This document shows, piece by piece, positions 13,301 to 25,237 of a stretch of DNA of 64,000 nucleotides (positions are counted from its first letter, which is position 1; every line of letters starts with the position of its first letter). The DNA lies in contig NMRA01000296.1 of the NCBI GenBank assembly GCA_002633005.1, positions 468,632-532,631 of the forward strand. Reading direction: 5' to 3'. Under the pieces are notes generated by a model. It ran no database searches, had not been told where the DNA came from, and saw nothing but the letters and a program-made list of their open reading frames with translations. The stretch comes from Phoronis australis (Eukaryota > Animalia > Phoronida). Made by a program: the position numbers and the translations under genes.

Positions 13301-13789
13301 GGACTGACTACTTACAGCGGCCATTTAAATATCTAAACTTTGCCGTTTGGGGAAGCATATGACATAGATTTGCCCGAATTTCACCAGCTTTCGTCAAAAT
13401 GCATTGAAACATCGATTTCTTAAAGCGTTGCCTGTAGGCGGACTTAGGAGGACCCCTCCGGACGAGACAATTTTAGAGACTTGGCACCCCTTTGCGACAT
13501 AGTTCTTGTTGACAAAATTCTTCATGGAATGCGCTGTTTGGGAAAGGTATCTTATAGATTTCATAGAATTTGAACCTGTATCAAACTCATTTAAGTTCTT
13601 ACAAGAATTTGCTTGTCCTTATCAAAAATAATTTCGCCCTAAACGCGACTGCCAACTCAAGTCATATGTAATACATCCATGCGCCATTATGAAATTCCCA
13701 ATTTTGAGATTGGCTAACTTCAGTCAAATCTACAGAGTTTTCTTGATTTTTTTAGATGTTTATTACGAAATCTTCAGAATGCAATGAAT

Positions 13790-14515
13790 ATACATAACCC
13801 AGAAAGCGCCAAGAGGCATTAGACCTGGGTTAAAAATACAAAGAAGTCTATATACAATTATTATACACCAATGCATATATTAAAAAATGATGTTAAGATT
13901 GCAATAATATATGATTACGAATGTAAATAATTCCTTTTCATACACAAGTATACAATTCTATCGACTCACACAAGGAGATTTAAAGTTATAATGAAATTAT
14001 AATGATACTATTTCAAATAAAACCATATTTTCATTTGGGTTGAGTTCTTGACATCCATGTAGAAAAAAAATAATTTTGTTGTACAATTGCGGAATTTCGG
14101 AATATTTTTTGTAGACATTGGGGTATTGTTCAAGTGTCTGGAAAAGCTGTGCCCTCTACTCCTTGCATACGTCACAAGCAAAGAAAACATGAGGATATGT
14201 CTGGGTCTGTCCACAGGAACACAGAGGCGAAATAGCATTAAAATTATGTCTAAATTTATCGTTGTTTAGGAATAGACCGCATCTTGATCTGTATAGGGTT
14301 ATTTCATGGTTGCGGGGAAGTTGAAATGATGTCAATGGGACTGGCAAGTCTGGAGTAGTGGTATGCATTTTAAAGTTATTTTTGAGAGTGACGATTGAAG
14401 TGCTTTCTTTTATTTTGGGTGGTAAGGAATTCCAGTTGTCAATACAAGTTAATAATTTTCTTGAGTCGATGATGATGTCAACGTTCTGTTGGCAAAAGAA
14501 ATAGAATTCTAGCAA
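13790..14515 (-). mobile_element. 3' fragment of a non-LTR retrotransposon (L2/CR1/Crack-like ORF2 C-terminus)
   Basis: ORF 14156-14515 has WNSLPPKIKESTS..KNNFK followed by the CCHC-type motif CSCGQTQTYPHVFFAC, typical of LINE ORF2 ends. The 3' boundary is approximate. Confidence 0.7.
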
Positions 14516-15778
14516 AGCAAGGAATACTACAAGACCGATTTTATGAGAGTAAAAGGCGCTGTTCGATGATCGTTTTTAGCCAGCTATTCAGCGCAAAAAT
14601 ACTGTTTTAAGTATTAGGACTTGTAATCCATTTTCGCAGACGCATGGACGTATAAACCAGAAAGCAACAGACCCTTTGGCATATTGAGTCATCTCAAACA
14701 TCAGGCATGTTTGTGCGAGATGAGGTTCAAGGTTTTCTTTAGATCCACATGAGATCAGAAATCTTTGGGTGATTCTAGAGATCAAGCAGACAAATGGCGG
14801 ACCGTATGAAACCGCTTGAGTGGCGAGGTAGACCTTTTATCACACGGGGTTTGGGACACGCAAATGTTGATTCATTTCACAGAGCTTAATAACTCCGTGT
14901 GAACAGTTTACTGTACCTACAGAGTTCTCTTTTTAATCTAATTCACCGCTCTTCTACACATTTTGCTGTCGATGCGGCATGACTAATGTTTTCCATGTTT
15001 TCCGTTGGTATGAGAAGGAATTTCCGGGCATGGTATACTATGACGGCTGGTTGTTGAGACTGTGCTCGATGCCAACAATAACCCGCCGTGACAAACTAAC
15101 TTATTGAACACGGTGACAAGAAAAAACGAACTACCAGTTCACGCCAAGCCTAGAAATCTTATCTAATCTAAGTGCAGAACAAGTTTTACTCTGCGATATG
15201 GGGTATAGATCAAAGGTTAGTTTTAGACAGAAACTAAACGGAATCATTTTCATTTATGTTCCTAACTTCTTATTTCATATTACTGATGTCACACATGGAT
15301 AGTTTGTGGCTTTTACAGAAGGATATAAAGTACTTAAATTTCAAGCCAAGTTAAATAATTGTTGCTTGTTTTGGAAAGAAGTACACGGCAACAACAGGCG
15401 GTTATCAAACTGAACATACCACAACGGCAGACGATACCAAACTAAACATAGTCATACCTGGAGAATTACGGCGCCAATAAGCATGCGGGCCATTCTACCA
15501 ACTCCTTCCTTTCTATGGAACCAAACGGAGTGATTCTGGCTTGAACCGCAGAAAACTCGATGAAAAGAAAAGTCAAGTACTCAAAAAGTTACACCTAAAC
15601 CCTGTGACAATATCAGTCTGGAACGCAACAGTGCGTAATGGTTTTTTAAGGGTGTTAGATCATATATAAGTTGAGTCGTCTGACAACTGTTTACAAAAGA
15701 CGCGATGCCAGGAAATAAATGTCAGATGTCAAGTAGTCTTTTATCTTAAACTTCGCAGTACAAGCGCCGCAGACGAGG

Positions 15779-15810
15779 ATTGGGCGGGGCTTTGTACATC
15801 GCTTATATAA
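15779..15810 (+). promoter_or_regulatory. Promoter-like cassette (inverted CCAAT + GC box + TATA)
   Basis: attgg at 15779, gggcggggc at 15782-15790 and tatataa at 15804-15810, at the edge of a CpG-rich region. Target transcript unknown (possibly HYKK-like copy 1). Confidence 0.25.
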
Positions 15811-18800
15811 TATTACAAGGGGGAGTTTTTTAGAGGGTGTTCGAAAAACTACATCGTAGTTCACTGATCTTCCGTTGGGTGTCAGTGGTCTCTGAGAGTT
15901 GTGGGACCTGACAAGGAGAGTCTGAAGCTGCGCTCCGTAACGTAAAACACTGGCAAATGCACTGCTGATCAGTGGGAGAAATTGGGCACATGGATTACGC
16001 TAGAGTTTACGAACGTAGTGAGAGAAAATTGGATGGTGCTATGAGTATTGGCGTTTTTTACTTGGTACCATATTGTTTAACAAAAATTACTTTGTTTGCT
16101 CAGGGAACCACAAAACTATAGTGTTTGCGTTCATTTTTGCTATGTGACCGATTACATGTAATGTTCACGTTAAACAGCATCTCAGTATTTAGGTGACAAA
16201 AACCGAAAAATGAAGAAAATCATATAAGCTCAGGAAACTTGTATCATAATATTCTTCACCATGGGCCTTGATTTGAGTTACTGATATTAACATCGAAACC
16301 ATTAGCACCTCCAAAAATAAATTTAAATATATAAAAAGCACAAATAAAAAATGAAACGAGGTGAAGTTTATTAGGTTTGGCTAATCCTAAAATTTCAAGT
16401 TCAAAAATGGCGCACGTACGCATTGACGTTGGTGGCTCATGCTGTGAAAATTCAAAGTGGTAAAGTTTTTGAACCTCAAAGTTCTTTAGAAGGAATTCAT
16501 CACGTGCAGTTTAACAGCGGCGAACTCGTCCGCTCAGGCCAGCTAGGTATCACAGTCACGACTTTTTGAGGGCAAAAATCGAGCGAAAATTCTGTGGTGC
16601 AGGCTAATTGTTAATGAACAGTTCAAGCAGTCGGGACGCCCGCTCTGGAACGCTTTAACAAATTGGACCTACTTCAAGCCGACTCAAACCGACCGAGGGA
16701 GGCGACAGTACACGATATTGCCGAGAAGTTCGGGCCGACATCCGGCACGAATTGCATGTTTTAAAAGCATTCGACGGTTTGTCACCGTCGTCTTCTCTAC
16801 AAAAGACACATCGAATTGAAATCGATTCCAAGACAGTGAAACCAGTTCCATGATGTTGCTAACAACTGCAAATGAGCGTAAGAGGATCTCCTCGACCGCA
16901 CACACATCGTCGTCTCTTTGTATTGCTAAAAATTTAAAAAGTCGCACAAAGAGGGCAAAATCACATCGGAAGCACGCAAATCTTTGTCTAGTAGCTAACG
17001 GCAGCGCCTTCTAATGTTGAATAGTGAAAAAGGCTTCCGCGTTTTCATCTTATCTCCGGCAGTGGCTGTCAACGATTCTAAAAAAATTACCGTGATCACT
17101 ATCGAGCAGCTCACTACATTCACGAAATACGAGTGCCTGATGGCATAAATCACACGACACGGTTCCGAACTCCACGAACAAGGTCTCGACTGCCAACCGG
17201 ACTCAGAAAACGAAACGTTCCTAGCGCAACACCCCGGGTATTTTCTTAACTTACAATTTCTCTGGGGAAGCGATCGTTAGCTGCTCATCTGCGGCCTCAA
17301 TCAGAGGGTAAGATATGTGACTTTTGAACTGGGTAAAGAGATTGACCGCATAACTGAACTCGTGAACCTCGCCCTTGCAGACCATTTTGTGAATAGCGAA
17401 AATCGGTGCAGGTCCATCTCACAGTACAGATTTGAGGTAAGTAAATTTTACCACCAAACTTAGTGCCACGCTTCCCCTCGGAACTGAGTGTACGTCAGCT
17501 GCACATGCGGGCTTCTGTTAGGGCGCGTTACGTGACTTGCAAAGTGGAAAATCATTGGCCATACCCGTATGGCTGAAAATTGCGCGTTTTTCCCAGATAT
17601 GAAAGTAGCGATCCTAGCTGCTAAGTTTCGAGCCCAGCTAGTTATTCTGTCGGATCACCAATGTACCGCGTTGCGATTGGTTCACTTCCATGGTGATGGA
17701 GTTCGGCCTCGATGTGATTAAACAATTACATTTGATAGACATGCGCAGTAATGGAATCACAAACTTAAGATTTTGTTGACAAAATGATGTTGCATGTTTG
17801 ACAGAAATCATGATTGCCGAAGCGTTTGCTCGAGATAAACAGATATCTACGGCCACCTATATGTTCAATTAGCACTTAAAGCGACGCGAATATGTATTTT
17901 TAAGAAGATCAGCAGTGGTACAAGGCATATTGTGATGCTCTACATCGTAATCAAAACTTTACTTTAGTCGGAAAAACATGCAGAATTGTTTTGTCTGTCT
18001 TCTGAAGTTTCGCACCAAATTGAAATGTTAGGCTCAAACTGTTCTAGCTTACTGTAAAATATCATTGGATGTAAGACGATTTGTTTACACGGGCAGTTAG
18101 ATATTCAGGGCAGAGCTGGAATGTGCGAGTAGCATTGACCAGAACCTTCAACTGCCAACACTTACACAGTACCCTGAAGGAGAGGCTGATCTGAAGGAGC
18201 AATATTCAGCAACTGAGGCTGAAGACAGATGCTCATTTAATTTTCAGTTATAATGCAGAATTTACAACTGCTGGATTGTCCTCTTGGGCATTTCAGATGA
18301 GTAATGGATTTGGGCTGAGGTTACCAGGCTAATTGCTTCTATTTAGTGCCATGCTGTTCCAAATGATTACAAATCATTACTATGTCACTCTGCTTTGTAT
18401 CCGCGGCCAGAGGACCAAAGTATAACAAAACAAACACTGATATCAACAAAACACAGAATTACTTACTGTACAATTTCCCCTACTGCCGCTCAGGAAACGA
18501 ACTTATGTCTGCATGTGGAGTATTCATTTAAACGGCAGGGTTGTCTAACGTCCGAGAATATGTGAAGTAAAGGTGTGGTGAGGTTCAACATAATCATAAC
18601 CCATTTCAGGTCTCAAAATACACAAAATCCTATAATAGTGATCAAGCGCCAAAGGCTTCTTAAACAAGTACTTTTCTGCCCGCTGAAATGTGCTTTTTAG
18701 ACGCTCACAGATTCTTAATCAACACGTAGAAGTACTACTCAACGCGTAGTATTGCTTTTCAACGATTTTCTTTCTGTGCTTATTCAACGCACAGAACTGG

Positions 18801-19007
18801 TTATTCAACGCGCATAAGTAGTCATTCAACGCTTATTTTTAATCAGTGCGCGTACGACTGTTTTATTTCAACACGATTACTGATTTATGATCATATCAAA
18901 GGCTACAGGCGGTCTCAGGAAGGCTTCCCAAATACCTAGTTATAACAGTAAGTGCTTCCAATATGAACAATTGGGGTTAGTAGGTGCCTTAAGAGAATTA
19001 GCACGGA

Positions 19008-19329
19008 TACCATAGAATCACACACACGAGCATCGCATCTCGAACCTATGGATCATGCATACGAACCCAAAAATCACGCAAACGAACAAAAATCATGCAC
19101 GCGAACCACAAAAAATCACACATACGTGTACGAACAAAAATCATACGCACGAGCATTCGAATCATACGCACGAACCACCAAACGATGAAGTGTTCGAACG
19201 TATGATTTGTGTTTGTATACGTGATTTTTTGGGTTCGTATGCAGGATTCATAGGATTGCATGCATGACTCATATGTTCGTAAGTGGTTCGTGCGTAAAGT
19301 GCGATGCTCGTGCATATGATTCTATGGTA
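19008..19329. mobile_element. Palindromic MITE with internal (atcatacgcacga)-type subrepeats
   Basis: taccatagaatcacacacacgagcatcgca ... tgcgatgctcgtgcatatgattctatggta. A second copy lies at 30935-31287. Confidence 0.8.
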
Positions 19330-19493
19330 CCTCTGATTAGGGTTAGGATATAAGAGCGCTATTACGACCGTCAGGTCAAGAAGCGGACATAACTGAATTT
19401 AATGTCTGTGATTTTTCCGAAATTGAATGAATGTAATGATTGCAGCAAAAGTAAAAATTAATTAGATTTTCACTTATATGATTAGAAACTGAC

Positions 19494-19977
19494 TTGTTCC
19501 TCTCAAACTCACTAGCATCTACCTTAACCCGCTCGTTTCATAGGAATCGGCAACTACAATCTTCGAAATTAGAACTTTCAGAATTCTTCGACGAATGGCA
19601 TTGCGATTTGAAAAATTATCTGTGCTTTGAAGAACAATTTTGCCCTTTGAAGGTGCACATTTCAACGCACAGAAAGGTATTCGTTTAAAGACTCTTTGGC
19701 CCTTCATAAACAGCACCTTACATGTATTATTACACTGGGCATAGCGTTCGTTTCAAAAGTTGTATTTCTCAGCACGTCGGCGTTTAATACATTTGGCTTC
19801 AAATTGATTTCAAATACGGCATTTTAAGAGTTGAATAAAATACATTTAAATTGAAATGTATTTGTTTGTTCCTCTCAAACTCACTAGCACCTTCGTTAAC
19901 CAGCTCGTTTCATAGAAATCGACAACTACAATCTTCGGAATTGAAATCTCCAATATTCTTCGACGAATGGCATTGCG
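19494..19977 (+). repeat. ~115-bp direct repeat pair (19494-19606 and 19867-19978)
   Basis: ttgttcctctcaaactcactagca...ttcttcgacgaatggcattgcga is present twice. Confidence 0.75.
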
Positions 19978-20756
19978 AACAGTGAGTAGACAGAAACTGC
20001 AACAACGTCGAGAATGGGCGAAATGGAGGGAAGCAGAGTGTAACCAGGCGCCCGCCTCCCCGCCGAGTGGAGGGCAGATGTCGAATCTGGCGGGCAGAAT
20101 GTGCAACTGCGGGCGATATTCAATAAAATCTTGGCAAGTTTGCTTCTGCCGGAAAGCCTATTCCAACTTTTGATTAGCGATCCAGTCATGCGTTCAACGA
20201 GTTCGAGTTGAGTTTATTGGCATTTGATTGACATCGTTTCAAATTTTCCGGAGATCAGCATTAAATTCATCCGCGACTATTGTTAGAGAAAGCAAAAACT
20301 GGCGGCTTTAGCAATTTTTGATATCCAGATCAAAGATTGTGATTCGTTTCCTTGTATACCATGCAAAAATTCGTTTTAATTTTCATTTTAACCGTGACGG
20401 TCTTATTCGTCAAACTCGGGTCCTACAAGATCGAGGCGTATAGATATTTCAAATAAACTTTTAAAAATTAGAGATAGCAAATTGTTTTTGGGTTTTCTGA
20501 TTCGTTATTCTGAGAGATTTTCAAAACGTTCAGTTTCCACCATCCCCAAAGAACTGATGTGGATTCTATTGTATAAGGAAAAACCCCGAGGTGGTTCTCA
20601 GAGAGAATGTAAACTATATGTATTGCGTATGATGTGTTGAAAGCTTTTGGCGTGATAGTATAAAAATATTACATGTAACTCGGTGAACCTATTCGTCCAA
20701 TAACAATGTGCACCAAACACAAAACTAACCAATCAGGGAAAAGCTCGGGCTGGGAT

Positions 20757-20806
20757 GTTTAAAATACAAGTCGAGAATTTATAAGTCTCGACTTGTATTG
20801 TTAAAC
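20757..20806. repeat. Near-perfect 20-bp-stem hairpin
   Basis: gtttaaaatacaagtcgaga-atttataag-tctcgacttgtattgttaaac. Confidence 0.75.
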
Positions 20807-22964
20807 AATGGAGGCAGGTGCCTAGGATTGAAATGAAGCTGCTACAGGTATGCAGAATACAACGGGGTTAGCAATGTCACCCAGTCCAGTAAACATAATA
20901 GAGGGTGTATCAAGTCAACTGAAATCCATAAAAACAAGGAAATGAAACATAATTAAATGGAATTAAGTAAGAACTATTCCATAAATAAGTAAATAGATGG
21001 CTGCAGAATGTTGTCTCCACGTAATAATAAACTACTTGAAACGTAGTACGTACAAAGAAATTCCAAAAATGATAAACCATGAGAAAACACCATAAACACA
21101 TTCCAACAAGGAATAGGAATGTCATCTTGAATTTTGAAATTTTGGACATAGTGAACCACTCTGATGGTTCAACTCTCATTCAACACAGTGGCTGTGATAC
21201 ATAGTGACGGATTAAAGTTTCTCGAGGATAGAAAAAGTCAGGACCATAGTCGTTACAATTCCTCCTTTCACTGCAATTTCTGAACTGTTCCCTTCGCTCG
21301 CCAAAACCTTCAAGAGGCTCCTCTGGCGAAGAGACCGGGCCCAATTTTCACTCCTCTGATAGCCACAATTGTTCAGCTGCTGCCCCAGTCGACACGACTT
21401 TCAAGGGACCCCTGATAGGACTCTAATTTCGTGCGAGACCTTAAACTGGAGCTTTTTAGTTTTACATTCCAGGCCGTGTATTTGGGTCGGAAAATGGCCC
21501 AACGTGCAGCCGCGGGCATCAACTTCTAAGTTGCGTTCTTGTAAGGGAAACGTGGTGGGAAATATGAAAGTGATGTTAACAAGCCGGAAAAATGTTTCAT
21601 GTATATTTTTCATACAAATTAGGGCTGCCATTAAGAAATTGCATTACATTTTGCAAAATCTCATGTTGAAAAAAGAAGTGTTTATACCCATGTCGAACTT
21701 TGGGACAAACCCATTTGAAGAGTTTCTTTAGGATATTAAGCAGAACGCTAACATTTTTAAATTTCGTTTAGACAGATCACAAAAAGTGTATAGAAGCCAA
21801 TAAAAACAATAAACGCAAAAATTTACATAATTCCAACCGCGTTCGTCTCTCGCGAAACTTTCGCCACACAACTTGTCATTTTCCCTTTCATCCTCCTCAC
21901 AAACATCAGTGATCGTGAGATCAATGATCGAGTTTGATAGGATAGCGGAATATAAACACATTGAATCAAACAGTCCTTCATCGCTCATGCACTGAATTTC
22001 TTTGTCATAAGGGTTTGACTGCATATGCCCGTATATGCCAACAATTCACTCTCATGCCTGTATGAGACTTGAGACAATGCGATGATTTTGTCATTGAATG
22101 TGTCTTTTGCGCAGACAAGTATGGGAAGAGTTGGACAAAATCAATTTTAGATTTGTGAATGTCAGAGATCTTTTCCTGCCACTGGCAAGATAATTGAACA
22201 TTTTGGTTGTTGTAGATTTCGGTGAGATTTCCGATTACGGATCCAAGTGAATAAGAGGCGAGACTTTCAGAATAATACATATATGTTAATAACAGTGATT
22301 AGATAAATTTTGGTCTAGAAAAGATCTACCGACACATACTTCGCTATAAATGTGGCAAGTCAAGGGGCTTTTCTTTCTTTCTATCAAGGACGGCCATCAT
22401 TCCAGATCTGCCTAGAAACTGCCACCTCACCACTCCACGGAAACATTTTGACATCTTATTAACATAAGTTATTACTTTTCCCCATCAAATTTCCTTCATA
22501 AAAATGCAATTTAGAAAGTGATGTACGGGGTTGCACGGAGGCCTTTTTTCCGACAAGACTATTGTGCCGAAGTATGCACACGTAGTTGCTTTTACGGGAT
22601 TTGTTCGGCCATTGGGCTTTGAGCACCGGCCAACCCGTTTTAGGTCCGGCCAGCCAGTTTTTTGGGTGCGTCCATCGGGTTTTGAGGTACTGGACATGGC
22701 GTTTTGAGGTTCGACCACCAGTTAAAACACCGGCCAAATTGGGTTTTGTAGTCCTGCCAGCTGGTTTTCAAGTCCGGGCAAATGGGTTTGAAGTCCGACC
22801 AATTGTTGACACCCCTTCAACCTAAACGTCGGTGGCTTGCCAGTATGACAACACTGATGGTTGCTCTAACAATCTGAACAAATGTATACACCAGCAGGAC
22901 CCTGAGTTCAAGGAAGCGCGAATTACGCAGGTGTGTGCTTTATCGTTTCAGGTGCGAAACCATC

Positions 22965-25184
22965 ATGGATTATAGAGAAGGAACATTCAGCGCTGAGCAA
23001 AGAGAACGCGTCATCACTCAGCCAAAAATTAGCGACGTGGATGTAAAGTTACTCATGCACCGTGTTTACGGCTTAGATGTTATTGATCTGTACAAACTGG
23101 ACGGATATGACGATGTAAACTATCACGTCACTGTCTCAGGGAGTTGGCAGAAAGATGGTTATGTCTTAAAAGTGTTGAACTCGTACGATTCTGCAGCAGA
23201 TCAGTTTCACGGTATTGTTTCAAAATTGTTAAAATATGAAAATTCAACTTAAAATTTCAGTGGAAATGACTCAATCTAAAATTTCAGAATTTTCAATTGA
23301 CCCTTTTCACGATTTGTCCGACATAGAGACTCCTGTTGGGTGGATATGCGAATGTAAGTTCTCTGTTTTCATTGGTTGGTTTCATTATGCAACACAAAGC
23401 ACTGAAATGCGCCCACGACTGCAACGTAAACTGCAAGCTTCTACCCATGGCATCATAAAAGTGGACACTAGAAGGCACAGAAAAGGTGAAAACCGTTTAA
23501 ATATGGGAAGCCGTCAACGTCTTTCTAATAGTACCTTACTTGACAAAAGAGGTAGCAGGACCGTAACAGCTAAAAGTAGAGTGGCCGAGAGGGGGTGGCG
23601 GAGTAGGGGGTGAGGGGGAGTAGGGTGTGGGGGAGTAGGGGGTGCAAATTGAAGGAGACGATTTTTATGTGCATCCTCCCTATGTATTGTAAATAAAATA
23701 TTAAGAAATGGAATGTGTTCCGGAGCCAGTTCGAGGAACTGTCCAAATGTAGCAATGCCAGAGGATGTAGAAAGTAAACTTTGAATGGAGTTCTAACTCT
23801 CCTTCTTACCTTAATACTTGGCATAATCTCCCCTGGACCCCCAGGACAGTTCACTATTGTTGACGGAGGTTTAGATCTAATTGCTGGTGGTTAACCGAGC
23901 TGAAAAAAGTTTGAATTTATAGGTGTCTCAACGAAAGGCTCCGATTTTATACCCATTTAGACAACCGTGAAAAAGGAGCGTTTTTCTCTATTTGTTCTAT
24001 ATACTTTTGTCCGAAGCAATATGGATTGTTTCAGAGATATTTGCGTTAGACAGCCTCATGAGTACATCCAAGTAAAACGAAATGTTTCTGAAGAGAATTC
24101 TGGGTCACAAACTATGAGTAGAAAACAGGTAATGAAATTTATTGTCTTGATCTGTCAGCTCAGGGGTCTGTAGCAATGAAATAACAGAAATCGTCTATTT
24201 TCCCCGTGATTTTTATTTGTTGTTTTGAATAAAAAGTGTGTCAGCTCCCCTTGGATCACTCCCCTATGCAGGGATCACAGTTATGCCGTGCTTGTCTAAT
24301 GCTCGTTTTTCACGATTATTTGTTTTCGCGAAATTGTGCATGTAAGTTGTAGGAGGGCTTACCCTAACAGCTGTATTATGCTGCGACAGGGTCAGAAGAA
24401 ATAGTACAAGGTCTGAAATGAAGCGAATTAAAATCTGGTTTTGCACGATTGCCCTTTGGTTAGATCTTAAAGGCGAATTTTGGTGTGGCAGACACCTCAA
24501 ATTTTTTGATTTACCTTACCATTTGAAATTCTTAGGCCGCCTAGTCTTACTCTTGCCTTCAGCTAAAAGCCACGTAGGCGTGTGTGTTCTTTTGTTAGAA
24601 AAATATATTCAAAGAGACCTTGAATTTTAGATGCCCACGTGAAAATGATCCTCTGTTTGCAAGAACTCGGAATTAATTGTCCGAAAATCACCCGGAATCT
24701 TCAACAGAGCTGTTATTCTAAAGAAATAATCACAAAGACAATAAATGGAGGTAAGTTTCAGGCAATAACATGTTCATTTAAATTGCTCAAACTACATCTT
24801 CACTACATGTTATTACTGTTATTTGTTTGTATGAACCAGCTAGCAAACGCATTCCTTCTGTACAATGATGTAGAGAGACAGGGGGCGCGCGAAGGAGGAA
24901 AGGAAAGGAGGCTAGGCGAAATGGTGGAAGTCGATCGAGGGGGAGGGAAGGACGGTGCGATGGAGGGAAAGAAGATAAACATGTTCACTTTGTGTCTTCC
25001 CGACTGATTACAACATATAAATTTCACAGCTTTCTGGGAAAAAACTACAACACTATCCGATTTTGAAGGCCTCCAAGCAATATGCCATTGGGGTTCTCCT
25101 CTGAAACATGACTTTATTATTGATGCACATTCTAATGAGATCTGAAATATACACACACGTGTGTGTGTGTGCGTGTGTGCGTGC

Positions 25185-25237
<53 letters not shown>

